Of a DNA stretch of 64,000 nt, positions 48,989 through 58,724 are shown one piece after another. Every line of letters begins with the position of its first letter. Position 1 is the first letter of the stretch. The position numbers and the translations under genes were made by a program. Under the pieces are notes generated by a model. That model searched no databases. It had not been told where the DNA came from and saw only the letters and a list, made by a program, of their open reading frames with translations. The stretch spans positions 73,938-137,937 of the forward strand of contig CAVZUP010000142.1 of the NCBI GenBank assembly GCA_963778255.1. Direction: 5' to 3'. This DNA is from an uncultured Acidobacteriaceae bacterium (lineage in GTDB: Bacteria > Acidobacteriota > Terriglobia > Terriglobales > Acidobacteriaceae).

Positions 48989-50152
48989 CTAGGCTCGCAG
49001 CGAGGTCAGGATGTCCTGACGCGCGGCGTGCCAGGCGGGAGCGAATCCTCCTATCAAGCCCATGATCAGGGCAAAAGCGACCGCAGCCAGTGCGACTCCC
49101 AAGGTCAGGTGCAGGCTGAAAACCGTTTCGCTAAAGGTCAGGGAGTTGCCGATTCCGGTGCTCATGCCGTTGAACGGGAGGATCAGGACAATCCCCACGA
49201 ACGCTCCCAGAAGGGACAGCAGCAGCGACTCGATTACGAACGACGTGAGAATACTGGGACGCGAGAATCCGATGATGCGCAGGGTTGCAATCTCTTTCGA
49301 GCGATATGCCACGGCGGCGTACATGGTATTCATGGCGGCGAAACTGGAACCGATGGCCATGATGATCGCGACAAAGGTGCCGATAAATTTGATGGCTCCT
49401 CCGGAACTGGTCTGTTTTTCGTAGTACTCGGTTTCGAGCGTGCCCTCGAGTTTTAGCCGCTGATCGTCGCTGACGCGGTGTTTGAGGGCATCGGCGGCTA
49501 TCGGGTCGGTGGCCCTGAGATACGCCGAAGCATAGCCTCCCTGGCGGTCGAAATCGGCGGCGATCTGGTTCACGTCGCCCCAGATTTCGGAATCGTATGC
49601 GGTGCCGCCGGAATCGAAGACGCCGACTACCTTCCATTGTCCTTTGGCGAAGTCGAGAGTATCGCCTACGTTGGCGCCGGAGAAACGGTTGTGAATCGAG
49701 TTGCCGACTACTACTTCGCGTTGTCCGGGCGAGAACCAGCGGCCTTCGATCAACTTGGCGCTGGGACGCAGAGTGAGGCCGGCGGGCATCATGCCGCGAA
49801 CGGAAACATTCACTTCGCCGGTGCCATCCTTGCGCGGGAGGACGACAACGACCACCCACTCGCCGGAGGCTAGGGGGTCGCCCTGGGCGTCTTTGGCGAT
49901 GCCGGGCAGCGTCCTTAGCGTGGGAAAGAGATTGGCGTCGAAGCCTCCTGAGAGCTCCGCCGTCGAGCCTTTGCGCATGACGAGGACGTTGATCGGATCG
50001 CCGCTCGATTTGAAAGCCTTGTTCAGGCCCGCCAACAGCGCCATCAGGAAGACGGCAGTGGTCACGGTGAGCGCGATGCCCAGAGCCGTCATGATGGTGA
50101 GGCCCTTGCGCAGCTTTAGATTGCGAATGTTATAGCTGATCGGAATCGCCAT
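48989..50152 (-). CDS. ABC transporter permease (FtsX/MacB-type)
   Basis: N-terminal TM, large periplasmic domain and a C-terminal FtsX 3-TM module (EIATLRIIGFS). Confidence 0.85.
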   Translation of the reverse strand: MAIPISYNIRNLKLRKGLTIMTALGIALTVTTAVFLMALLAGLNKAFKSSGDPINVLVMRKGSTAELSGGFDANLFPTLRTLPGIAKDAQGDPLASGEWVVVVVLPRKDGTGEVNVSVRGMMPAGLTLRPSAKLIEGRWFSPGQREVVVGNSIHNRFSGANVGDTLDFAKGQWKVVGVFDSGGTAYDSEIWGDVNQIAADFDRQGGYASAYLRATDPIAADALKHRVSDDQRLKLEGTLETEYYEKQTSSGGAIKFIGTFVAIIMAIGSSFAAMNTMYAAVAYRSKEIATLRIIGFSRPSILTSFVIESLLLSLLGAFVGIVLILPFNGMSTGIGNSLTFSETVFSLHLTLGVALAAVAFALIMGLIGGFAPAWHAARQDILTSLRA

Positions 50153-50251
50153 GATTTTCCTTCGCTAGCCGCCTGTGGTGGAGCTCAAGGGCCTAAGGCG
50201 CTTGAGCCTAATAGGATACCCTGATGCAAAATCGTATTTGTAGGGCAGTTT

Positions 50252-51403
50252 TCAACCGATATAGCGCAAACCCTCCACGATATCCAACTTGGCCGCGTGA
50301 TAGGCGGGAATGATTGCGCTTAGCAGTCCCACCATACCGGCTACGAAGACGGCAAGCAACAGCGTGGGGAACGTCACTTTTGTTCCGGCAAAAAACATTC
50401 CCAGCCCCGGCGCATGGGTTAGACCCGAGACCAGGACGATCGCCAGGAGGCAGCCGATCACGCCACCGGTTAACGCCACTAGCACCGCTTCCGCGATATA
50501 AAGGCGCAGGATCGTTTGCCGTGTGAAGCCGAGCGTCTTCAGTACCGCTACTTCGCGGGTGCGTTCGCGGATCGACATGGCCATGGTGGTGGCCGAGACC
50601 AACAGCGTGGCGAATACCACCGCGAAACAGATGCTCAGGATAAATGCTTTTACGTTGCCGATGCTGTTGATGAAGCTAAGCTCGAACGCTTTTTCACTTT
50701 CGGTTTTGGTGGGCGCGGGAGAATTGCGGAACAGGTCGTCGACCGCAGCGGCGATCTTGGAGACGCTATCTGGCGAATCGGCGAGGATGTCAAAAGTGCC
50801 GGCCGTTCCCTTGGCCCACGAAACTGCTTCTTCCACGTATTTCTGATTGTAGTAAACGGACTCGTTAGGGTCGGGCGCGGTATAGATGCCGCGAATCGTG
50901 AGCTCAAGATCCACGGGATAAATGGTGCCCTTGAGCACGATGCGGTCGCCCAGCTTCCACCCAAATTTCTTGGCGAGCTGGTCGTCGACGATTACGCCGG
51001 CGCGGTCGCGCTGCCAGGCGAGTAGCTGATCGGCGGGGATTTTGATGTCGGTGAAAATTTTGAGAATTTCGTCCGGGTCGGTGCCGAACTGGGCGAAGAA
51101 ATTTTCTGGCTTGTCGTCCATGTATAGGCCTCCAAACCAGTTGCTGGGGGCGACGGCCACGACGCCGGGGACGGTCCGGATTTTGTCCCGGTAAAACGCG
51201 GGCATGGCTTGCGTAAGGGAGACGCGGTGGCGGGTGACCAGGCGCTGGGCGGACTCGGCGCTGCCTTTGTCGATATAGAAGGCGTGCCAGATGGTCATCA
51301 TCAGAGTCAGCAGGAGCAGGGAGAACGCGATGCTGAGCACGGTCAGCAGGCTGCGCCGCTTGTTCCGAAACGCGCTCTTCGTGACGAACCTGGTTAAAGT
51401 CAT
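50252..51403 (-). CDS. ABC transporter permease (FtsX/MacB-type), second copy
   Basis: Same architecture (EVAVLKTLGFT). ATG at 51403 chosen over the longer track ORF. Confidence 0.85.
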   Translation of the reverse strand: MTLTRFVTKSAFRNKRRSLLTVLSIAFSLLLLTLMMTIWHAFYIDKGSAESAQRLVTRHRVSLTQAMPAFYRDKIRTVPGVVAVAPSNWFGGLYMDDKPENFFAQFGTDPDEILKIFTDIKIPADQLLAWQRDRAGVIVDDQLAKKFGWKLGDRIVLKGTIYPVDLELTIRGIYTAPDPNESVYYNQKYVEEAVSWAKGTAGTFDILADSPDSVSKIAAAVDDLFRNSPAPTKTESEKAFELSFINSIGNVKAFILSICFAVVFATLLVSATTMAMSIRERTREVAVLKTLGFTRQTILRLYIAEAVLVALTGGVIGCLLAIVLVSGLTHAPGLGMFFAGTKVTFPTLLLAVFVAGMVGLLSAIIPAYHAAKLDIVEGLRYIG

Positions 51404-51831
51404 GCGACTCCGGAAGCCCGCTGGTGGATGTTGATAAGGAAACTCTCCAAGAGGGAGAGCCCGCCCCAATTGCGCTCGCTCTGAGAATAAAACAGAGGTT
51501 GCGGTATGGACAACTGGGGCCGATCTGGTGCCGTTCTCAGAATCAGACTCATGCCGGCCATCAGGAACGGCGACCACAATGCAGCGGCGAGTAAACCTCG
51601 AAGAATTATGCCTGGGGAAACTCCGATTCAGGGCCTAAGAAGCTTGAACCACTGAGGGCACAGGCGCATGGGGTACTACCGGGATGCTCGGCTTTCGCCG
51701 CTGATTTTCAGTACTTTCGTAACTCCTAGTTGGGCAATTGAAGGCGGTATTCTAGGGTTGATTCTCCCCCTGTTCTTAGCCAAATCCACTTAAAGGGTGC
51801 GGTGCGTCGTGCCTGCGCGAGGACGATTGTA

Positions 51832-54426
51832 ATGGCGACAATGTTTGGCCGATTCGAAATTCAGAGTGAACTTTCAAAATCAGAAACCGCGTTGATTTAT
51901 AAGGCGACGGACCTGAAAAGCGACCAGGTTGTGGCGCTCAAGACGCAGGATCTGGGGCCACTGGGGGACCGGGCCGGGGCGTTTGTGGAAACGCTGATAG
52001 CGGAAGGCGAGAGCACGCGCGATCTGGTCAGCCAGAACATAGTGGCGCTCTACGGCGCGGGCGAGATCGAGGGGCAGTTCTGTGCGGCGATGGAGTACAT
52101 ACAGGGCAACAGCATCGCCACCATGGTGTCGCGCAAGGAAGGCTTTTCCATCTGGGATCTGCTCGACATTACGCGCCAGATTTGCGCCGGGCTGGAACAC
52201 GCGGCGGCGAAGGGAGTGACGCACTGTTCGCTGGAGCCCGCCAAGATCATGGTGCAGTGGGACGGGATGGTCAAGATCCTGGGCTACGGCATTTCCAACA
52301 TGAGCCTCATCGAGGCGGAGTCGGGAAAAGGATTGGGCCGACTTATGCCGTATTGTTCTCCCGAACAGATTCGGGGAGAAGCGATCGACGTGCGCTCGAA
52401 CCTGTTCAGCCTGGGCACGATCCTTTACGAGATGGTGGTGGGCCGGACGGCGTTCGATGCCGCCGATCCGGTGGCGCTGGTTAGCCAAATTGAGAATGAG
52501 ATGCCCGGCAGCCCGTCGGCGGTGAATGCGAAGATTCAGCCTGCAGTGAGCGCTTTGATTATGAAAGCGCTGGCGAAGGATCCGGCGGAGCGTTATCAGA
52601 GCGCTCACGAATTATTGGATGACCTGGAAAAGTGCAAGGAAAGTGGGAAAAAAGCGGTCGGTGATAACAAGAAGACGGCCGCAACGCCGAATGTTGCCGT
52701 CAGTCGCGCGGAGCGCGCGGCCGCGGCCAGCAAATTTGTTTCCCCGGAAGCGAGCGCGGTTCGACCGATGTCTTCCACGGCATCCGCTCCGTCCTCATCC
52801 TCATCTTCGTCTTCATCTTTGTCCCAGGCTGCCTCGGGTAATCCTGTTTCCGCAGCAACTGGCGCAGCAGTGCCTTCGCGGACCAATCCGCCGGCCATCG
52901 CAGCCAAAACGACTGCGGCTGCCTCGGGCGCGGTTACCGGAGGGATCTCGACTTCCGTATCTGCTTCGGTATCTTCTTCCGTCGTGAGGACGAATTTCTC
53001 GGCGGGGCTGGCTGCGAATTCCGATGCGGACTCGAGTTCAAAGTCGGGGGCACGGCTCATCAGCGATTTTGAAATCGACGTTCCGGAGGCACCGGTGGCG
53101 CGCGGTCCGGTTCTATCGGCGGCGGCGGTGGAGCCGGAAGCGGAGCGACATTCGCCCCGGGTGGCGGTTGACCCGATGATGTCCGAGCCGGGGCAGGGAT
53201 CATGCAGCAAAAGCTTCTCCGATCTGGCAGAGATGCCTCCGCTCAAGGAGCCGATTTTTGCGCCGGCGGTTCCCGAGCCGACCGAACCGTTGCAGCAAGA
53301 GGTGAGGTTCGATTCTTCGAAGAAAACAGAAGAGAAACCCAGAATCCAGCCGCGGGAAGTTGCAGAAAAGGCGATGAAGGAAATCTCCACACTTCCGCCA
53401 CAGCTGATGCTTTATTCCATCCTTGGGGCGGTGGCAGTGATCCTGGTGGTGGCGCTCGCGATCTTTTTTCATGTGCGTTCGGAAGACGATGGCACCACGG
53501 CTGCTCCGCGACCGACGAAGGCCGCCAGCACAAGCCCGGCTTCGACCTCGACTTCGGCACCGCAGGTTGCCCAGACACAAGCGCCGCCGCCAATCGAAAA
53601 TCCGGCCCCGCAGGGCGCGGAAGCTCAGCCGAACCTGAAGCTGCGGCAAATCGAAAAGCGCAGCGCGAAGAATCAAAAGGCGCCCGCACCAGCCCCGGCG
53701 CCGGCCGTGATTTTGGGGCAGGCGGTGATCGACTCCAGTCCGCAGGGCGCCCAGTTTCAGGTCGATGGAAAAAGCGATCCGTCGTGGGTTACGCCGTTTA
53801 CTTTGGCAGAGCTGAGTCCGGGTAAGCACATCATCTCGGTAAGTAAGTCAGGCTATTCTTCCGACATACGATCGGTGGAGGTTGCTTCGGGAAGTAAATC
53901 GTCGCTCATGGTTCGTTTGGCGCCGATGAATGCTTTGCTGGTGGTGAACAGCACGCCGCCTGGCGCCGACATTACGATCGATGGCAAATCCGCGGGGCGG
54001 GTGACGCCGGCGCAGTTCGCGGTGGAAAAAGGCAGCCACACCGTGCTGTTGCGCAAGCAGGGATATCTGGATGAGACGGTCACTGCCGATCTCGGTCCGG
54101 CGCAGAATTTCCAATACGCGCCGGTGCTCAAGGCGCTCGGCAACACGGAAGACATACGGACGGTGGGCAAGCTCAATAAGCTGTTTGGACACGGCGGCGA
54201 GAGCACGGCGGGCATGGGTTCGATCGGCATACACACGCAGCCGAAGGGCGCGCAGGTATCCATCAACCAGCGCGTTCTGGATAAGAATTCTCCGGTCGAC
54301 GTCATGCTGGGACCGGGGAACTACATCGTGGATATCGCGCTGACCGGTTTCAAGCCGGTTCATAAAGTCGTTAGCGTCGAGAAAGGCGGCAAGGTTGCAA
54401 TCGACGAAATTCTTGAACGGCAATAG
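51832..54426 (+). CDS. Ser/Thr protein kinase with Ser/Ala-rich linker, one TM helix and three extracytoplasmic PEGA-like domains
   Basis: Hanks kinase motifs (VALK, HCSLEPAKIMV, YCSPEQ). TM helix LMLYSILGAVAVILVVALAIFF. Three S.P.GA.V..DG......P repeats. Start at 51802 (GTG) or 51832 (ATG). Confidence 0.85.
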   Translation: MATMFGRFEIQSELSKSETALIYKATDLKSDQVVALKTQDLGPLGDRAGAFVETLIAEGESTRDLVSQNIVALYGAGEIEGQFCAAMEYIQGNSIATMVSRKEGFSIWDLLDITRQICAGLEHAAAKGVTHCSLEPAKIMVQWDGMVKILGYGISNMSLIEAESGKGLGRLMPYCSPEQIRGEAIDVRSNLFSLGTILYEMVVGRTAFDAADPVALVSQIENEMPGSPSAVNAKIQPAVSALIMKALAKDPAERYQSAHELLDDLEKCKESGKKAVGDNKKTAATPNVAVSRAERAAAASKFVSPEASAVRPMSSTASAPSSSSSSSSSLSQAASGNPVSAATGAAVPSRTNPPAIAAKTTAAASGAVTGGISTSVSASVSSSVVRTNFSAGLAANSDADSSSKSGARLISDFEIDVPEAPVARGPVLSAAAVEPEAERHSPRVAVDPMMSEPGQGSCSKSFSDLAEMPPLKEPIFAPAVPEPTEPLQQEVRFDSSKKTEEKPRIQPREVAEKAMKEISTLPPQLMLYSILGAVAVILVVALAIFFHVRSEDDGTTAAPRPTKAASTSPASTSTSAPQVAQTQAPPPIENPAPQGAEAQPNLKLRQIEKRSAKNQKAPAPAPAPAVILGQAVIDSSPQGAQFQVDGKSDPSWVTPFTLAELSPGKHIISVSKSGYSSDIRSVEVASGSKSSLMVRLAPMNALLVVNSTPPGADITIDGKSAGRVTPAQFAVEKGSHTVLLRKQGYLDETVTADLGPAQNFQYAPVLKALGNTEDIRTVGKLNKLFGHGGESTAGMGSIGIHTQPKGAQVSINQRVLDKNSPVDVMLGPGNYIVDIALTGFKPVHKVVSVEKGGKVAIDEILERQ

Positions 54427-54614
54427 GCCGCCAGGAGCTCTCCACACGCGCTAAGGCGCGGACATTTTCAACGACTTACGGCGTGTGTGAACTCGTGCCC
54501 TTCCCGTTTGATTGACGGAGCCCATCGCCTATTCTCACTTAGAGAAGTGATGACAATCACAGTCCAGGGTTCTGGACAAGCGCAGAATGGGCGTCAGCAA
54601 AAGAGAGTGACATC

Positions 54615-55079
54615 GTGTCGTTGGAGCCTACCCCGGGCAAGTTGAGTGCCGATCTGTTAAAGGCACTCCACGGAATCAAGCCCGTTCAGCAGTTTCCCAA
54701 GGGCGGTACGTTGTTTGAGCAGGGTTCAGCGGTGACAGGCGTTTACCTTCTGGAGAGGGGTGAGGTTCGCCTGTTGCTCTCAACCGGGGTGGGTCAAAAG
54801 CAGCTGCTGGAAGTCGTTGGCCCCGGAAACGTACTCGGGCTGAGCGAGAGTATGAGCGGGGAAAGGCACCGGATTAGCGCGGAAGCGGGTGAAGATGCGA
54901 TGGCGGTCTTCATTCCGCGCACGGAATTCCTGGCATTTTTGCGGGAGCACGGCGATTTCTGCATGCAGGTGGTACAGCTGTTGAGCGAAGATTTGCACGG
55001 ACTCTATCACAAGTTCCGCAGCATCAGCGCTCATCCGGGGCGTCCGCGGCAGAGGCCTTTGGATGAACAGTTGAATTAA
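54615..55079 (+). CDS. stand-alone cyclic-nucleotide-binding domain protein (no HTH)
   Basis: LFEQGSAVTGVYLLERGEVRL...GLSE...R..SAEA pattern of Crp/Fnr-type cNMP domains. Only 154 aa. Confidence 0.75.
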   Translation: MSLEPTPGKLSADLLKALHGIKPVQQFPKGGTLFEQGSAVTGVYLLERGEVRLLLSTGVGQKQLLEVVGPGNVLGLSESMSGERHRISAEAGEDAMAVFIPRTEFLAFLREHGDFCMQVVQLLSEDLHGLYHKFRSISAHPGRPRQRPLDEQLN

Positions 55080-55113
55080 GGCGCAGGTCTCAGGAAAACC
55101 CACACCTATTTTT

Positions 55114-56847
55114 CTACTCCGCTTTGAAGTTAACTGTGATCTGGGTCTGGATTTCTACTGGCTGGCCGTCCAGATAGTAGGGCTTGTATCTCCACTGGCG
55201 GACGGCTGCCACTGCTGCTTGCGCCAGGACCGGAGCTCCACTGATCACCCTTGGATTCGTGACGAAGCCCTCTTTGTTAATGGTCGCTTCGATCTGCACT
55301 GCGCCCTGGGCGTGAAGCGAGAGCGCGGCTGACGGGTACTTTGGCTGCACGCGCTTGATCAGAAGTCCCTCGGACACACCCTGAGAAATTCTTACGGTCG
55401 CCAGCGAAGGCTTCAAGACGTTTGGCGCCGCCGACAAGAGGCCGGTCAAGGCGTTGTCGTTGGCAGAAGCAACGGCGGGCGGGTTGGAAAGCTGTGGCGC
55501 AGATTCCTCGGCGGGGACCGCCGGTTTGACTCCGGCATCATTCGACCTTACTTGCAAGGGCGCCGAATCGGGTTTTTTGGTTCCCAGGTCAGGAGTTGCA
55601 GTGGTGTTTGCGGCGATCCGAATTGCCGGGGAATTGCCGGTGCCTACGGGCGACTGGGCGAGGGGCGCCGCGGTTGGCGCCTTGACGCCTAAGTTTGCGG
55701 AGCCTGGCCCTTCGGGGGTGGCCTGCGACGGCGTCGATACTGGGGAAGGTGCAGGCGCGGACGCGTGTTGTTCCGAGTTCGGGGGCGCGCTGACAGGCTG
55801 CGGAACTGGAGTGCTGGCGGATTTAACGAACCTACCGTAACCAATGTAGCCGAGTGCGGCTAGAGCCAGGACAATGACAGCAGCGATTAGGAGCTTCTTG
55901 TTGCCAGCCGACCCTTCGGCAGCTTCTTTGCCTGCCCCATAGGACAGGACATCGCCAGCGCTGATCGAAGTGAACGTTGGAGTTGGAATTGGAATTGAGG
56001 CCGGCTTCTCCGCTGGCTCCGATTCGACGATTCGGTTCTCTTTTGCTCGGAATGCTACCGGTGAAGCCGGAGCTTCTTTGGCGGGAGCTGGAGCAGCGGC
56101 CGACGCCACGACCGATGTGAAAGCAGAAGTTGTGTTTCGCGCTGGTAAGTTCGCTGCGGGTAGTGCTGGGGAAGCGGGTTGGTGTGCTTCTGCGGATGGT
56201 TCGGCCTCGATGGTGGTCTGGGCTTGCGCTGCGGGTGCGGGAATAACCGCTGGTTTGGTTTCGATTTGTGAGGATGCGGTGGTTTCCGGAAATTCCGTCG
56301 GCATCGCTTCGGGAATCATCGCTGGCGGCGCTGTTTCAATATCCGGTATTTCGGAATGAGTGGCGGTAGCTGCGTCTCGACTGGGCGGTTGGAATGAACT
56401 GCCCGCGGAAACGGGAACCGCTCTTGAGGGCAATACTGGAGCTGCGGGGTTGGTGGCCGGGGCGTTGGCGGCATCGGAATGTTTCCGCAAAAGTCCTCGT
56501 GCCACGCGAAGCGTTCCCTTGGCCTGCTCGACGTTGATCGGCTTGGTGAGCACGAGGTTGGCGCCGATGCGGTAGGCCTTGGCTACGCCCGCTTGTCCTT
56601 CGACTAGGGCGATGGCCAGGGAAGCCTGATTGGAGCTGGAATTTCTCGCGCTCTTGAAGAGCAGAGAGGCGCTCTGTTCGTCCTGGCTGTCGACGACGAT
56701 CGCGTCGTAGCGTTGCGCCATCAACTTTTTGACCGCTGCAAAAGGTTCGTGCACGGCTTCCACGGAGAAGTCCAGTTCGCTGAAGACCTGACTAACGACA
56801 TTGGCCAGTTTTTCGTCTGGACAGAAGAGTAGAGCTTGGTAACCCAT
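55114..56847 (-). CDS. receiver (CheY-like) - TM - TonB C-terminal domain fusion protein
   Basis: N-terminus: LLFCPDE...AIVVDSQD...LVLTKP. TM helix: LLIAAVIVLALAALGYIGY. C-terminus: PKYPSAALSLHAQGAVQIEATINKEGFV...ISG.PVLAQAAVAAVRQWRYKP. Confidence 0.8.
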   Translation of the reverse strand: MGYQALLFCPDEKLANVVSQVFSELDFSVEAVHEPFAAVKKLMAQRYDAIVVDSQDEQSASLLFKSARNSSSNQASLAIALVEGQAGVAKAYRIGANLVLTKPINVEQAKGTLRVARGLLRKHSDAANAPATNPAAPVLPSRAVPVSAGSSFQPPSRDAATATHSEIPDIETAPPAMIPEAMPTEFPETTASSQIETKPAVIPAPAAQAQTTIEAEPSAEAHQPASPALPAANLPARNTTSAFTSVVASAAAPAPAKEAPASPVAFRAKENRIVESEPAEKPASIPIPTPTFTSISAGDVLSYGAGKEAAEGSAGNKKLLIAAVIVLALAALGYIGYGRFVKSASTPVPQPVSAPPNSEQHASAPAPSPVSTPSQATPEGPGSANLGVKAPTAAPLAQSPVGTGNSPAIRIAANTTATPDLGTKKPDSAPLQVRSNDAGVKPAVPAEESAPQLSNPPAVASANDNALTGLLSAAPNVLKPSLATVRISQGVSEGLLIKRVQPKYPSAALSLHAQGAVQIEATINKEGFVTNPRVISGAPVLAQAAVAAVRQWRYKPYYLDGQPVEIQTQITVNFKAE

Positions 56848-57060
56848 AATGAGGCCATCCTAGGTAATGCAGTGGGTACCAGCAAGTTACGTGGGTAATG
56901 GGACTAAGGGGCGATGGCGGTTCGCGGGATCGGCTGGACAGAAATGGCAGCGGATCGCGATCGACACATGGGCCACGGGAAAAGTCGAGTTGCTACGACT
57001 GCCCTATGCGGCTAAACAGCCATTGATCAACATCAAGATCCGAACTTTCCGCAAAGCCTG

Positions 57061-58656
57061 CTAGGGCTGCTGAACGTCGATGGTCACTACCGTCTGAAAC
57101 GGCAGGTTTTTGCCGTCGCGGACGAAGGGTCGATAGCTCCATTGCTTTACAGCTTCGCTGGCGGCGGCTGCCAAGGTAGCGTCTCCCTGAAGCAGTTGCA
57201 GGCGCGCAACCTTGCCATCCTCATCGACGAAGGTTTTGAAGACCACTGTTCCTCCCGAATGCGCGGCGGCGGGATATTTCGGTGGAACGCTGTGGGTCAG
57301 CCGTTTTTCCGCGCCCTGGGAAGAAAGAACGATCGTGGCATTGTCCCCCGGCAGTGACGCGACGGACGAAGGAGTGGCAGCGTCTTTCTTGGTGTCGCTG
57401 GGTTTGCCTACCTCCGGCTTGCCGATAGCCGGTGCAGTTGTGGCTCCGGAAGCTGGCGGTACGACGGCTGTTTCTGGGGGCGCTGCTTGCGGGGCAGGGG
57501 CGGGCGTTGTTGCCGCGCCACCTGGAGAAGTCGCGGCTGGACTTGCCGCGGAATCTGGGGTTGCCGCTGGTGCCTGGTTGGGATCCGCTGGTGCCGGCGC
57601 AGGCGCCGGGGTTGCGGGCAGTTGAGCGGAAGGCTTCGCGGGGCTTGGCGTCAGCGATGTGGGTTGGGTTAATCCGACGAGCGCCAGCACGCGATTCACC
57701 TGGGGCTGCGCGAGAGCTCGGAATCCGGGCTGATAGGTCCATACAGCATAGAAACCGCCGGCGGCGAGTGCTAAGACCAGAAGCTCCACCAGCGCACTGC
57801 TTGTTTTGTGTTTCCCTTGCTTGCGCGACGAAGACTCCGGGGCCTTCGAGGCGACTGCCGGCTCTGCTTCGGCTGACTCCGAAGCTGGTTGTAACTCTGC
57901 CTGTTCGGATTCTTCCCGTTCCGTTCTCTCCAACTCCGCGAGCACGGGATCGTCAGAAAGTTCTGGTGGGAGCGCGGGGTTTGAATCGATTGCAGCAGCG
58001 GGAGTCGAAGATGATTCCGGGAAGGAATGTGCCGACGAGGTTGCGGCCTCCGGCTGTGAGTCTGGATTCGCCGGCGTGGTTTCGATTTCAGCATCCGCCA
58101 CGGCGGAACTCATGGTCGTCGCGACGGCGGGTGCGGAGAGCGTTACGGTCACGTCATCGGTTGGAAAGGAGTCAGCGTCCATGCTTGGAGCGGACTCGGC
58201 GAAAGTGGTCCGCGGCGACGAAACGGCTGCCGCTGCGGCTGCCTGAGCGAGCACTTCGGTGGCGGCTTCCGGCTGTGCGCTGGCCGGGACTTCTTTCCTC
58301 ACACGGGCGACAGCGACGCGAATGGTGCTGCGGGCTTGGTCTTTTGACACTGGTTTGGTCAGGATTAGTTCCGCACCGAGGCGAAAAGCGGTGGGCAGAC
58401 CGGCGCGACCATCGACAATCGCGATGGGGACGGGATTGTATCCGTTCTTTCCGCGACGGCATACGTCGAAAATCAGCTTAGCTGCCGGCAGATTCTCGCA
58501 ATCGACCAACACCAGGTCGAAGTTGTGAGAATTGAGTTTTTGGGCAGCGGAGACTCCGTCCAGGGGGCGCTCGCAAGTCACTGACATTTCTTCTAAAACG
58601 CCAGTAATTGCACTAACCGCCTGGTCATCCGGCGACAACAGCAGAGCATAGGGCAT
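57061..58656 (-). CDS. receiver (CheY-like) - TM - TonB C-terminal domain fusion protein, paralog
   Basis: N-terminus: LLLSPDD...LVLVDCEN...LILTKP. TM helix: LVELLVLALAAGGFYAVW. C-terminus: PPKYPAAAHSGGTVVFKTFVDEDGKV...LAAAASEAVKQWSYRP. Confidence 0.8.
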   Translation of the reverse strand: MPYALLLSPDDQAVSAITGVLEEMSVTCERPLDGVSAAQKLNSHNFDLVLVDCENLPAAKLIFDVCRRGKNGYNPVPIAIVDGRAGLPTAFRLGAELILTKPVSKDQARSTIRVAVARVRKEVPASAQPEAATEVLAQAAAAAAVSSPRTTFAESAPSMDADSFPTDDVTVTLSAPAVATTMSSAVADAEIETTPANPDSQPEAATSSAHSFPESSSTPAAAIDSNPALPPELSDDPVLAELERTEREESEQAELQPASESAEAEPAVASKAPESSSRKQGKHKTSSALVELLVLALAAGGFYAVWTYQPGFRALAQPQVNRVLALVGLTQPTSLTPSPAKPSAQLPATPAPAPAPADPNQAPAATPDSAASPAATSPGGAATTPAPAPQAAPPETAVVPPASGATTAPAIGKPEVGKPSDTKKDAATPSSVASLPGDNATIVLSSQGAEKRLTHSVPPKYPAAAHSGGTVVFKTFVDEDGKVARLQLLQGDATLAAAASEAVKQWSYRPFVRDGKNLPFQTVVTIDVQQP

Positions 58657-58724
58657 GGCTCTCTCATGCTAGGAACCACCACCGAAAGCCGCAAGTTACG
58701 GGAGTAAGCGCGGCGGGCACCGAT

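Noticed and set aside
46823-51403. MacB-type efflux operon with two FtsX permeases, considered as a novel system.
   Set aside because: The ATPase, adaptor and paired FtsX-permease arrangement looks to me like an ordinary MacAB/Dev-type exporter, with nothing unusual in the sequences.
56867-57064. 65-aa ORF in the gap between the two REC-TonB_C genes.
   Set aside because: It is on the opposite strand to both neighbours, with no motifs or RBS. The gap is more likely the promoter region of 55114..56847.
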